Below, piece by piece: positions 20,216 through 30,538 of a stretch of 64,000 nt of DNA; the first letter of the stretch is position 1, and each line of letters opens with the position of its first letter. The stretch comes from Candidatus Geocrenenecus huangii. GTDB taxonomy: Archaea; Thermoproteota; Nitrososphaeria_A; Caldarchaeales; Wolframiiraptoraceae. The notes beneath the pieces were generated by a model. It was not told where the DNA came from. It searched no databases and saw only the letters and a list, made by a program, of their open reading frames with translations. The position numbers and the translations under genes are program-made. The stretch is taken from NCBI GenBank assembly GCA_023254095.1, contig JALNLM010000001.1:32001-96000 (forward strand), given 5' to 3'.

Positions 20216-21454
20216 AGGCTTCGATAAATGTCTTCTAGCTGAAGCAGGTACTTCATAGATGCCTGGAGAGATTTTCCTCCGTATCATAATAACTTCCTGA
20301 CTGCTTGAAAGAGTCTTACAAGCCTTACATACGTATCCTTGCTCATTAATCTTCTCCATCCTTTTTCTACATACAGGACATCTCGGCTGCCTAACGATAC
20401 TTAACTCTACCAGAGACTTAACATGAATCTTCTCGAGATTTAATGTAAAAGCTTGAGTTTTCCTCTTCACTGCGCCGTAGACTGTTATTCTATCACCAGG
20501 CTCTAATTCCACAATCACGTGTCTGAAGCTCTTTGTCGGCTCGTAGGCAGCGCATGTTATCTCTCCCGTTTCATCTTCTAGGGTAAAGAAGACGTGGCCC
20601 CCCATTGTAAACCTTGGTTTAGTCTTCACAATCCCGTCGATGATGACTGAAATGTTTTCTCTGACGTCGGCTATCTTCATTGGTTGGAGATGAGCGTCTG
20701 TTCCCTGGTTAGTTTCGAAGATTGTATAGAACTCGACAGGCTCGTATATTCTCAGCATCTTGTATGCTTCCTCCACGATGCTAGGTGTTACCCCCCTAAT
20801 GCCGAGAAGGACAGGGCACGGAGTATGAGGGGTGATTCTTATTTCTCCTGTCTCCTCATCAACATTATCGAATGTTAGAGGATATGTTTTCTCATTCATC
20901 AACCATACACTCTTCGGGTCTACGAGTCTAACCGTCCCCCAGTATTCCTTCTTTCTATGAGCAATCAGCTCGTACGTCTTCTCCATAGTTAGGTCAGCGC
21001 CTATAGCTGCAAGAGCACCTATAACTCCTCTACCCTTATTCCATCTAAGTAATCTAGTCTCATTATTCAAGGCAATCTTCTCCGCTTCTTCTATCGTAGA
21101 AAGATCTCTAACGACATGCCAGTAATATTTTCTAATCTCCTCACTTGGCTCACCGACCAAGATTATGGCCCCCGGGTCTGTTCCCTCGATATCGAGGTCA
21201 GCGTATTCTTCGATTACCTTAAACACTAGGTCTTCAAGTAGTTCAATCTTGTCTGCCCGAACAGGTAACGCTACAGCCGCATTCCCTCTAGTCTTGTATG
21301 GACAGTTCGGGTTAAGCCTAATAAGCCTGGGATAACCATCCAACCCGTATCCTGCATCTTCTATCCTTCTGATAAGTACTGCTCCAACGTAGGTTGTACA
21401 TCCACCTCTCCTGGAATCAGTATCATCTATCCCTATCCAGACCCTCTTCTCCAT
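20183..21454 (-). CDS. tiaS: tRNA(Ile2) agmatinylcytidine synthetase
   Basis: GIDDTDS..GGCTT, RLNPNCPYKTRGN, TNQGTDAH, OB fold, C-terminal CPVC/CKAC, RRHLSKP. Confidence 0.96.
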   Translation of the reverse strand: MEKRVWIGIDDTDSRRGGCTTYVGAVLIRRIEDAGYGLDGYPRLIRLNPNCPYKTRGNAAVALPVRADKIELLEDLVFKVIEEYADLDIEGTDPGAIILVGEPSEEIRKYYWHVVRDLSTIEEAEKIALNNETRLLRWNKGRGVIGALAAIGADLTMEKTYELIAHRKKEYWGTVRLVDPKSVWLMNEKTYPLTFDNVDEETGEIRITPHTPCPVLLGIRGVTPSIVEEAYKMLRIYEPVEFYTIFETNQGTDAHLQPMKIADVRENISVIIDGIVKTKPRFTMGGHVFFTLEDETGEITCAAYEPTKSFRHVIVELEPGDRITVYGAVKRKTQAFTLNLEKIHVKSLVELSIVRQPRCPVCRKRMEKINEQGYVCKACKTLSSSQEVIMIRRKISPGIYEVPASARRHLSKPLALSSNYQHC

Positions 21455-21598
21455 CCTAGTCTTTCATCATTATCACCTCTAAGGAAATTAATTAAGATAG
21501 AATATCAGTGGCCCAGCCCTCCTACTTAAACAGTAGAGTTTCGAGAACATTAATATCATTCTCATGAAAACATTTTAATGGATTGTAGATGAAGCTTC

Positions 21599-22492
21599 AT
21601 GAAGGTTAAGATCGCCTTTTTAGCTCATAGAATAGAGTTCCTAGACCTTCTCGAAAAAGAGATCGGTGAATGTGATTCCATAATTCTAGAGGAGCCGAGT
21701 GATCTCTATCTGGAGAGATTTCTAAATGGAGATATAAGCGTAGAGGAATACGTAACATACTCTGATGCAAACTTTCCCCGCTACATGTTTCACCAAGCAC
21801 AACTTTTAAAGAATCTCTACATTAAGGGTTTAAAGATATTGCAGGTCGAGCCTTATCTAGAGATAATAGAGAGAATACATATGTCGATAAAAGTGGGAAA
21901 ATTCAAAGAATATACTAGCGACCCAGAGGTCGGGAGAGTTCTAAGAACTGAGAAGGAAGCAGTTGGAAAACTCATCGAGTTTCAAGAAGAATTGATGAGG
22001 GGAAAATTTGATCATGTAGTAGAAAAGGTGATACAATTCGTTATCAAAGATTCTGAGAGATTTAAGTTAAGAGATTACATGAGAGCAGCCGCGATCTCTA
22101 AGCTTGAGGAAGATGGAAGAGTCCTTGTTGAGGCTGGATATCTACACGTACTCTTACCAGTATTCCTGGAAAAATTAAACATAGAAGTAGAGACTGTAAA
22201 CTTGGTTGAGAAGGCGTGCAGAATAATAAATCAAGAGTACTGTGAGAATCCGGGCGATAGTCTTACTAAAGCATTTATTTTAAACCAGACGATAAGCGGA
22301 GATGCAAGACTACTGGCTGCTCAATCACTAGTATACACATCTCTTGTAAGTAAAGATGAAAAACTTCCAACACCTGAAAACCTCTTTCCTCATCTGGTAG
22401 AAGAGATCAATCTAGCAAAAAAGATAAGGAAGATGAATTATGATGAGTGCAAAAGAGAATTCCAAAAATTATTTAGAAGAAATCAATCTTAA
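21599..22492 (+). CDS. hypothetical protein
   Basis: 297-aa ORF with protein-like composition; family not firmly recognised. Confidence 0.75.
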   Translation: MKVKIAFLAHRIEFLDLLEKEIGECDSIILEEPSDLYLERFLNGDISVEEYVTYSDANFPRYMFHQAQLLKNLYIKGLKILQVEPYLEIIERIHMSIKVGKFKEYTSDPEVGRVLRTEKEAVGKLIEFQEELMRGKFDHVVEKVIQFVIKDSERFKLRDYMRAAAISKLEEDGRVLVEAGYLHVLLPVFLEKLNIEVETVNLVEKACRIINQEYCENPGDSLTKAFILNQTISGDARLLAAQSLVYTSLVSKDEKLPTPENLFPHLVEEINLAKKIRKMNYDECKREFQKLFRRNQS

Positions 22493-22550
22493 GCATCGAA
22501 GATGTAACCTATATTAAGACCCCCACAATAATATATTTACTGGAGGAAAA

Positions 22551-22626
22551 AGCGGGGTAGGGTAGCCAGGGCGAACCCGCCGGGCTCATAACCCGGAGAA
22601 CGCTGGTTCAAATCCAGCCCCCGCTA
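22551..22626 (+). tRNA. tRNA-Met (initiator, CAT)
   Basis: AGCGGGG/CCCCGCT acceptor (A1-U72), anticodon arm CCGGG-CTCATAA-CCCGG, T-loop TTCAAAT; CCA not encoded. Confidence 0.95.
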
Positions 22627-22770
22627 ACTACTTCATGTTAACTAATGCCGCCATGTAAAAATTATGAGTTGTCCTTTCTTAAGATATTTAACTTTCTGAG
22701 TCATCCTCTTGATAAAGAGGTTGGAGAACTCGGTTGACTTATAATTTTAAATTCAGTCTATCCATTATCT

Positions 22771-23298
22771 ATGAGTGTGGTAATGAGTGTTGAGCCATTA
22801 CATGCACAAGCATTTTTCAGAGTAGATACTTCGGGACTTTTCTCAGAGATACTAATCTTTGACTATTATGATAATGCGCATTACTACTATAGTCTAATTG
22901 AAGATGAAGATGGATATGGAAGGGAGATGGAAAGACTCCTAAACGTTATGAATGAGTTTTTAAGAGAAGAGAAAGTGCTGGTGAATGACGAGGAGGTAGG
23001 AGTCGAGGCATTATTGGTAGACCTAGATTTTAGAGGCTCTCCCGAACTCCCAACTATAACCTACCTGATAGAATTCTACACCAAGTTGTGCAGTGGGTTA
23101 AACAAGTATGAGTGCCATTATGAAATGGGATTAGCCGAATATGATTATGAAGTTTACTGGATCCTACCTTCTGAGGCGAGAATAGTGGAAGTAGAAATAT
23201 CTGGAGAATATGAGATATTAGATGATAGGATAATGGTCGCGAAGATGAGGAGGGGAGAACCCTACAACGGATATGAAAAGATAGTATTCAAGCTTTAG
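22771..23298 (+). CDS. hypothetical acidic protein
   Basis: 175-aa Glu/Tyr-rich ORF with upstream AT-rich TATA-like element. Confidence 0.75.
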   Translation: MSVVMSVEPLHAQAFFRVDTSGLFSEILIFDYYDNAHYYYSLIEDEDGYGREMERLLNVMNEFLREEKVLVNDEEVGVEALLVDLDFRGSPELPTITYLIEFYTKLCSGLNKYECHYEMGLAEYDYEVYWILPSEARIVEVEISGEYEILDDRIMVAKMRRGEPYNGYEKIVFKL

Positions 23299-23329
23299 AA
23301 AATCATATACATTATTAGTAAAGAAGTAT

Positions 23330-24403
23330 TTATCGTTTTTCAGCTTCTTTTATTCTCTTCATGATCTCCTCGATCCTATTCTTTGGAAGAGTTAATGCAG
23401 GCTTCTCTGGTAGAAGTCCCTGAGGTCTAAATAACACCATCACTATAATTACCAACCCTACTAAGATGTACTCAAACCATTGAGGGCTGATAGGTATGAA
23501 GGCCGTCATCTCCGTCTTGTATGAATATATCATTGTTCTCAATACTGAGAAGGCGAATACTCCAACCAGCATGCCTAAGTTGTTCCCTGTGCCTCCAAGC
23601 ATCATGTAGGCCCATGGCCAGAAAGTCCATGTAAGCCTAGTGTACGTTACTGCTTTGAAGCTACCAGTATATAGAGCCCATAGAGCTCCGCCGATAGCGG
23701 CGAGAGCTCCACCAACAATTAATGCTTGCGCTCTTAATCTAACAATATCCTTACCGTATACTGCTGCTGCAATCTCGGAATCTCTCATTGCTTTTAATGC
23801 TCTCCCAAAAGGAGACCTTATCAGTCTTTCAACAAATATGAACGCTAATAATCCGAATCCGATTAGGATTAGGATTACTCCAAAGTATCTTTCTGGGCCT
23901 ACACCAATCCATCTGAAAACGTCTGGTACGTTTACTCCCTGTGTCCCTCCTGCTATCGATTCAACATTCCATGCTATAGTATTCAGCACGTCTCCAAAAG
24001 CGAGCAAAGTTATTCCTAGATATGCTTCTTTCAATCTTAGAGCAGGGTAAGAGCATATGTATCCTATTATACCACCTAAGATAGCTGCAACAACTAATGT
24101 TAAGAATAGCAGACCGATAGAGAGTGATAAGTTCACCGCTAAAATTCTATTTATCTGGTCAACTATCTTGTAGTTTATCATGTGGTCTGCATACTCGGCT
24201 CCAGCAGGTAACCCGAACATTGAGGCGAGTATCCTTCCGGGAATAGCTGCAGCGACTATTGCACCAGTAATTACTGCAAGAACTCTTCCAAACTGAGATA
24301 TCCCAGCTATTCCAACTTCTAAGTTTAAGCTAACTGTAATTATCAATCCTATCGCAAAGTTTACTAAGATGTTGAGTATTATAGGATGAATCTCTAATAC
24401 CAT
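23330..24403 (-). CDS. livM: branched-chain amino acid ABC permease (LivM type)
   Basis: SLNLEVG, LRLKEAYLGITLL, GGTQG, SPFGRALKAMRD, LGGTGN, RPQGL. Confidence 0.9.
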   Translation of the reverse strand: MVLEIHPIILNILVNFAIGLIITVSLNLEVGIAGISQFGRVLAVITGAIVAAAIPGRILASMFGLPAGAEYADHMINYKIVDQINRILAVNLSLSIGLLFLTLVVAAILGGIIGYICSYPALRLKEAYLGITLLAFGDVLNTIAWNVESIAGGTQGVNVPDVFRWIGVGPERYFGVILILIGFGLLAFIFVERLIRSPFGRALKAMRDSEIAAAVYGKDIVRLRAQALIVGGALAAIGGALWALYTGSFKAVTYTRLTWTFWPWAYMMLGGTGNNLGMLVGVFAFSVLRTMIYSYKTEMTAFIPISPQWFEYILVGLVIIVMVLFRPQGLLPEKPALTLPKNRIEEIMKRIKEAEKR

Positions 24404-24407
24404 TCTT

Positions 24408-25376
24408 TCACACCTCCTCTTTCATTATACCTTGAGGGGGCTTAACCCTAGTAGATTGTGAAGAGAGCCTCTTAATCTTTATACCAGCTAGACCTTGAGG
24501 ATAAAGAAGAAGAGTCAGAACCATTGCGGCTAAGGGTATAACCATTCTGTAGGCCAGAATCCATCCTCCAAGAGTTAATGAAAGCCCCGTGATCCCGAGA
24601 TACTCGCTTAACCCCACTAGGAACCCTCCGAAAAGGCTTCCGAAAACACTTGTTAATCCACCGACTATTGATCCCGCGAACATCGTTACAATGATGGTCA
24701 TGCCGATTACAGGGTAACCGCTTATCGTAATGGATAACAAGCCTCCCCCTAATCCTGCAAGTGCTCCTCCTAGAAACCATGAGAGAACATAAACCTTCTC
24801 TGGATTAATTCCTAGGATAGTAGCTAATGATGTATTCTCAATCGTTGCCCTAACAGCGATACCGAACTTCGTCCTCGTCAAAAACAGATGTAATCCCACA
24901 ATCGTCAAGACAACAACAATTATAGTTATGAACGGGATAGCACGAATACTTGTGCCGTTTACCTCTCCTAGCGAGATGTCTTTTAACTCTAGAACAAAAT
25001 ACCTTGCAGCAAGTTTATGAACTTCGGTCAAGTAATCTGCAAAGATGTTTATGGATGCAAGTAGTATCAGGTCTACGCCTAGAGTAGACATCATGAGTGT
25101 AATCGGCGATGCACCTACCTTTAGTAAATACCTGTTAACTCCAAAGTAGATTATAACACCTATAAGTCCAGAGAATAATGCAGCAAGTGGAACATAGAAG
25201 TAGGGTGTACCTCCAAGTAGAGAGTAACCAGCAAACACTATGTAGAATCCCCATCCAACCATTGATGCATGCGCGAAATTAAATGTTCTCGTCGCCATAT
25301 AGATTAAAGTAATGCCTGCCGCTGTAAGAGCTATCCCTCCAGAATATGCAAAAGCTTTAAGAACTAAGTCAAGCAT
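24408..25376 (-). CDS. livH: branched-chain amino acid ABC permease (LivH type)
   Basis: GITLIY..TRTFNFAH, TKFGIAVRATIEN, IVGGL.S, PQGL. Confidence 0.9.
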   Translation of the reverse strand: MLDLVLKAFAYSGGIALTAAGITLIYMATRTFNFAHASMVGWGFYIVFAGYSLLGGTPYFYVPLAALFSGLIGVIIYFGVNRYLLKVGASPITLMMSTLGVDLILLASINIFADYLTEVHKLAARYFVLELKDISLGEVNGTSIRAIPFITIIVVVLTIVGLHLFLTRTKFGIAVRATIENTSLATILGINPEKVYVLSWFLGGALAGLGGGLLSITISGYPVIGMTIIVTMFAGSIVGGLTSVFGSLFGGFLVGLSEYLGITGLSLTLGGWILAYRMVIPLAAMVLTLLLYPQGLAGIKIKRLSSQSTRVKPPQGIMKEEV

Positions 25377-25547
25377 TTCGGGATTACCTCAACTTTCATT
25401 AGGATTAGATATTTCATCTAAGCTATAAGAATAGCGTTGACCCTTTGCGTGCACAGATTTCAATCTCTAAGTTCAAGAGGTCAAAAGAAGAAAAATTTTT
25501 AAGCGACGCTTATGTCTCATATCACAAGAAAAGATTGGTGATGAATT

Positions 25548-26867
25548 ATGAATATAGCGGGAGTATCTAAAGCGATGGCTATCGTTCTCCTAGTAATAGG
25601 GTTGATAATAGGAGTTGCTGTAGGATACGTAGTAGCCGGACTTACTGCTGCACCGACTCAGGCAACAGCCGTAGCTCCAGCCTTAAAAGGTGAGGTTGCT
25701 GTAGGTGCTCTTCTTCCGCTTACGGGGGTATTGTCAAGCTACGGAGAAAATGATAAAGCTGCTTTGGAGCTTGCTGAAAAAGAAATAAACGATTGGCTGA
25801 AAGCGAGAGGTGAAGAATGGTATATTAAGCTCTATGTAGAAGATACTGCAACAGACCCTAAGACGGCACTTGATAAATTGATGACCCTACATGGGAAGGG
25901 CATCAAGTTCATAATTGGACCGATGAGTAGCGCTGAAGTCAGTGAAATCAAATCTTATGCAGACACTAACAAGATATTGGTTATTTCTCAATCTTCAACT
26001 AGTCCTGCACTGGCAATCGAAGGCGACTGGGTGTATAGATACATTACGACCGACCTAATACAAGGCCCCGCTGCTGCTAGAGTAGCTTACGATCAAGGAG
26101 TTAGATACTTAGTACAAGTATGGAGAGGAGATACATGGGGAGACGGTCTGGCACGCGCTACTCGTGAAGCCTTCCTGAATATCTTGAAGAAGACAGGAGA
26201 AGCGGGCGATGTTATAGAAGGTGTAAGATACGACCCAGCTGCGAAAGAATTCTCCGCAGAAGTCGCAAAGCTTTCAAGCCTAATAACTGATCTTGCTGGA
26301 AAGTATGGGAAAGATAAGATAGGTATAGATGCTGTGGGATTCGAAGAGATGGTTGCGTTCATAGCTGCAGCGAAAGCATATCCAATACTTTCAGAGGTTA
26401 AATGGGTTGGGTCCGATGGGACCGCGGGCGTTAGCGGTCTAGTTAAAGAAAGAGAACTGGCAGAATTCTGTATCAAGGTCCAGTTCCTCAGCCCTATTGG
26501 CACACCAGGCGTCTCACCGCATACGGAGAAAGTGAAAAAATATGTTAGGGATAAGCTTGGCAGAGATCCAGAACCTTATGCGTACAATTCGTACGATGCA
26601 TTGTGGACTATAGCTTTAGCGATAGATCTTGTAGATAAATACGATTCAGAAGCGGTAAAAGCAATACTCCCCGAAGTCGTAAAGAGGTATATAGGTGCTT
26701 CAGGGTCATTCGAACTCGACAAAGCGGGTGATAGAGCTTATGCAGACTACGAGTTATGGATTCCTTGGACGACCGATACAGGATACGATTGGAAGATAGC
26801 GGGCGTATGGCGGGGAGCAACGGATAAGATAGAATGGGCTGACTGGTGGCTGGCGGCCGTAAAGTAG
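25548..26867 (+). CDS. ABC substrate-binding protein (LivK/LivJ type) with N-terminal membrane anchor
   Basis: GALLPLTG, EDTATDP, IIGPMSS, SSTSPAL, YDA, GASG...GDR. Confidence 0.9.
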   Translation: MNIAGVSKAMAIVLLVIGLIIGVAVGYVVAGLTAAPTQATAVAPALKGEVAVGALLPLTGVLSSYGENDKAALELAEKEINDWLKARGEEWYIKLYVEDTATDPKTALDKLMTLHGKGIKFIIGPMSSAEVSEIKSYADTNKILVISQSSTSPALAIEGDWVYRYITTDLIQGPAAARVAYDQGVRYLVQVWRGDTWGDGLARATREAFLNILKKTGEAGDVIEGVRYDPAAKEFSAEVAKLSSLITDLAGKYGKDKIGIDAVGFEEMVAFIAAAKAYPILSEVKWVGSDGTAGVSGLVKERELAEFCIKVQFLSPIGTPGVSPHTEKVKKYVRDKLGRDPEPYAYNSYDALWTIALAIDLVDKYDSEAVKAILPEVVKRYIGASGSFELDKAGDRAYADYELWIPWTTDTGYDWKIAGVWRGATDKIEWADWWLAAVK

Positions 26868-26929
26868 CATGCGTGGAAGGTACTATCAATAAAAAGATAC
26901 TTTTAAATCCCAATTTTTTTAATTGATGG

Positions 26930-27700
26930 TTGAGATTTATGGATGCAAGTAAACGAGTTTTGTGGACAGAAGGTCTAACAAAATCATTCGGTGGGCTGTT
27001 AGCTGTAAATAATGTTGACATAAACGTATTAGAGAAAACAATAACTATGCTTATTGGACCTAATGGTGCAGGTAAGACAACATTAGTAAACCTGTGTACG
27101 GGTGTTCTTAAACCAGACTCGGGTAAGATATACTTCCTCGGTAAAGATATTACGGGATGGCCTTCCCATAAGATATATAGAGAGGGGTTTGTTAGAACTT
27201 TCCAGATACCTCAACCTTTCCTAAAGCTTACAGTATTAGAGAATGTGTTGGCTTCTCTAAAAAGTGATGCTGAATCACCTATCAAAGCTCCGTTGAGAAT
27301 GACATGGCTAAGCCGAGAAGAAGAGAGTATTGAGAGAGCCTTCAAGATACTCGCCAAGGTTGGTCTAGACGATTTGTGGTATTATGAAGCTTTCAAGCTC
27401 GGAGGCGCTCAACTCAAGATGCTTGAAGTTGCTAGAGCATTAGCTACCGGGGCTAAGCTTATCGCTTTAGATGAACCCATCGGAGGTGTAGATCCTGCAT
27501 ATGCTGGAGACATACTTGGATACGTTAGGAACATTAAGGAAACATGGAATGTAACCTTCCTGCTCATAGAGCATAGAATTGATATTGCTTTACCCTTTGC
27601 AGACTACGTGTATGTTATGGATCGTGGTAGCGTGATATTTGAAGGCTCGCCGAGCGAGGTCGAGAAGAATCCGAGAGTGATAGAAGTGTATCTGGGGTGA
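26930..27700 (+). CDS. livG: ABC ATPase LivG type
   Basis: KSFGGL.AV, GPNGAGKT, RTFQ, LDEP, IEH, VIEVYLG. Confidence 0.92.
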   Translation: MRFMDASKRVLWTEGLTKSFGGLLAVNNVDINVLEKTITMLIGPNGAGKTTLVNLCTGVLKPDSGKIYFLGKDITGWPSHKIYREGFVRTFQIPQPFLKLTVLENVLASLKSDAESPIKAPLRMTWLSREEESIERAFKILAKVGLDDLWYYEAFKLGGAQLKMLEVARALATGAKLIALDEPIGGVDPAYAGDILGYVRNIKETWNVTFLLIEHRIDIALPFADYVYVMDRGSVIFEGSPSEVEKNPRVIEVYLG

Positions 27701-27712
27701 AGGAGTACGGCA

Positions 27713-28420
27713 ATGCTTGAGACTTCTTCACTCTATTCTGGATATGGAAAGATAAAGGTTTTATTCGATATAAATTTCAAGGCTGAAGAAAAGAAGATAA
27801 CGGTTGTGGTTGGTCCGAATGGTGCTGGTAAGACAACTCTCCTAAACAGTATAATGGGTTTGGCTACGATACATGATGGCAGCATTTTTTTCGAAGGAAA
27901 GAAATTGAATGGACTACCAACTTATAAGATCGCAAAGATGGGATTAGCTTATCTACCTCAGATGGGTAACGTTCTCTCAGAACTAACGGTTGAAGAGAAT
28001 TTGAAAATTGCTGGATATCTCCTGCCCTCAAATGAAGTAAAAAACAGAATGATGGAGATACTCGATATGTTTCCCGTTTTGAGAGATTTTATTCAAAGGA
28101 AGGCGGGCACCTTGAGTGGTGGAGAAAGACGGATGCTTGCAATAGGTATGGCGTTGATGAAGAGACCAAAGATCCTGCTACTCGACGAAATGTCTACAGA
28201 TCTAGCGCCGATAATGGTCAAAAAAGTAATGGAGAAAGTCACACAACTTAGAGACGAGCTCGGATTGACCATAGTCATGGTTGAGCAAGTAGCTAGAAAA
28301 GCATTGGAAATAGGTGATAAGGCATATCTGCTTGTAAGTGGCACCATGAGGTTCGAAGGTTCGGCACAAGAATTACTACATCATCCTGAATTAGCCAAGA
28401 TGTATCTTGGAATAGCTTAA
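27713..28420 (+). CDS. livF: ABC ATPase LivF type
   Basis: GPNGAGKT, AGTLSGGE, LLDE, VEQ, YLG. Confidence 0.92.
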   Translation: MLETSSLYSGYGKIKVLFDINFKAEEKKITVVVGPNGAGKTTLLNSIMGLATIHDGSIFFEGKKLNGLPTYKIAKMGLAYLPQMGNVLSELTVEENLKIAGYLLPSNEVKNRMMEILDMFPVLRDFIQRKAGTLSGGERRMLAIGMALMKRPKILLLDEMSTDLAPIMVKKVMEKVTQLRDELGLTIVMVEQVARKALEIGDKAYLLVSGTMRFEGSAQELLHHPELAKMYLGIA

Positions 28421-28560
28421 AGAATAGATCTAAAATGTTTATGACTTTGCCGCCAGCAGGTATTCTCCAAGACATTTGTAGAGTGACTGACATCGTGTTT
28501 AGGAGTTGGCTTTAGTGTTAACTTTACGGTTTCAATCTCTGTTATGATTTACCCTTCTTC

Positions 28561-29361
28561 AGGCATGATAGCTGCTTCACATTATATCGAGGATTCCAGG
28601 TACTAGCAGACACAGAGTTTCAGAAAACCGGTAAACCAGCTAGAATAATCCCGCAGCCATATGCAGAATCTATTTACTCAACGGAGATACCTGACCTAGA
28701 CGAGACAATAGGAGGATACGGTAAAGGCTCCACTGTCCTTCTGGAGATACAGCCCAAAGTAAGTAGAGAACAATATAGGCTGATAGTATGGCCTTGTCCT
28801 GCTAGCTTTATTTCAAAGGGTAGGCCGGTGATAACTCTTCCAGGAATGGGTAGCACACTGAGAGATCTAGATGTATTTAATGAGAACTTCTTAATCGCAG
28901 AAGAAGAAAGAACCAGGCTTACTAGATGTTTCTTACAGAAAGATGCGTTGGAGGAACCCTATAAGAAATATGTAGTAGCTTATGATCCACTAGAAGGCAT
29001 AGGATACTTGGTGGATAAGCTTAAAGAGACCGCTGAATCCCTTTACGAGGCTCCCGGTAATCCTCCCAACATTCTTCTAAGTATAGATTCTTTATGCTTT
29101 AATTATATGTGTGAGGACGCCCTGAAGTTACTCTCTAGAATATCTGCGTGGACAAGGAGGAGGAACGGACTTCTATTATTTCTCGATAAATCTTCCCATC
29201 CTAGAGTTACTGTTAAACTCTCCTCTATAGCTTATGTACACCTGAAACTCTTAAGGATGCATGGATGTCTGATGCTTTTCGGGGTCAATCCTAGAACCCA
29301 CCTCTACGCATTACAAACCAAGAAAGAAACTCTGATGCCTCAACTAATACCAATAGTCTAA
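28561..29361 (+). pseudogene. 5'-truncated GvpD/KaiC-like RecA-superfamily ATPase
   Basis: Frame open from 28522 with no ATG/GTG/TTG until 28828; reads FTLYRGF...YSTEIPDLDETIGGYGKGSTVLLEI..., i.e. linker plus second domain; first domain absent. Confidence 0.65.
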
Positions 29362-29515
29362 GAAGTCAGCAGAATAGACCATCTGGTTAATGATTGTTGT
29401 TCATACTCTACGCCGTATCATAGCAGAATGAAGATGTTGACGATGCTTACCTAGAAAGCGTCAGATTCTCAGAACTAATACTTATTAACACGTTTCTTCC
29501 TATTTCTCTTCGACG

Positions 29516-30256
29516 ATGACTCAGGAATTCATCATTGTTACTATTGGTTTACTCATTCTTGCTACGATCTCAGGGATGCTAGGGCTTGGCGTTGCTTTTG
29601 CAGCGGTGCCATTCCTTGGACTATTTCTTCCCGACCTTATTCATCAAGTACAGCCCCTCAGCCTTCTGTTGAATGGTGTAACTGCAATGTTTTCTGCATA
29701 CGGTTTTGCGAGCAGCGGCTTTGTAGACTGGAGGAAGGCTGTCACACTGGCGATCGTAACAACTCTATCCGCGCCTATCGGAGCTTATCTCGTACAGTTT
29801 ATAGACCAGATCTACGTGTGGCTTGTCTATTTTGTCTCAGTTATGTACCTTGCATATAGATTGTTCAAGCCTGTTAAAGAACGCATGGGTAAAGAGAATT
29901 TCAGAGTAGCAATTATACTCGCCATCCCCATCTCAATACTCTCTGGATTTCTCGGCGTCGGCCCTGGATTTCTACTTATGCCCACTCTTATCCTAGTTGG
30001 ATTTGACCCGAAGAGGGCTGCCGGCATAAACGCGTTTGCGGTAACTCCTCCTTCATTTTCATCTCTCATACCGCATTTACCGGCTGCCCAATGGAATATC
30101 ACGTTAACATTGCCACTCCTCATAGTAGGAGCACTTGGGTCTTTTGCTGGTGCAAGAATTACGAGTCTTTATATTCCGAGTAAAAGAGTTAAACAAATCT
30201 TCGGGATCCTCATAGTGGTCATGACGCTCTACAAGATATATACTCTAATCAGATAA
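29516..30256 (+). CDS. TauE/SafE-family (TSUP) membrane protein
   Basis: SGMLGLG and SGFLGVGPG repeated halves, about 8 TM. Confidence 0.88.
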   Translation: MTQEFIIVTIGLLILATISGMLGLGVAFAAVPFLGLFLPDLIHQVQPLSLLLNGVTAMFSAYGFASSGFVDWRKAVTLAIVTTLSAPIGAYLVQFIDQIYVWLVYFVSVMYLAYRLFKPVKERMGKENFRVAIILAIPISILSGFLGVGPGFLLMPTLILVGFDPKRAAGINAFAVTPPSFSSLIPHLPAAQWNITLTLPLLIVGALGSFAGARITSLYIPSKRVKQIFGILIVVMTLYKIYTLIR

Positions 30257-30356
30257 CACTCCTCAACCATAAGGCATGTATGAAATCTTCAAATCATCTA
30301 GCGTCTTCTTAACCTAGTTGCTTATCTTGATAACCGAAGGCATACCACTAACGGTG

Positions 30357-30418
30357 TAGATCAGCGCTCAAGATCTCAATCATCCCTTAATGGTCAGCCT
30401 GGTCAGACACATCATCTA
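30357..30418 (-). ncRNA. candidate box C/D guide sRNA
   Basis: Minus strand: C ATGATGT, 11-nt guide, D' CTGA, C' ATGATTG, 12-nt guide, D CTGA; terminal TAGA/TCTA stem; TATA-like CTTAATAA upstream. Confidence 0.65.
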
Positions 30419-30538
30419 ATTTAGTTTCTTGCTTCTTCATTTATTAAGATTTTCTATGTCAGCCCTACTTGAGGTATTCATGGTTTTTTGTACATTAAGT
30501 ATTTTTATTCTCCCTTCATATATGTTATGACCGGCGGT

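Noticed and set aside
21456-21479. GAGGTGA followed by ATG ATG AAA GAC TAG just upstream of tiaS (possible 4-codon uORF)
   Set aside because: Too short to distinguish from chance or an eroded former start
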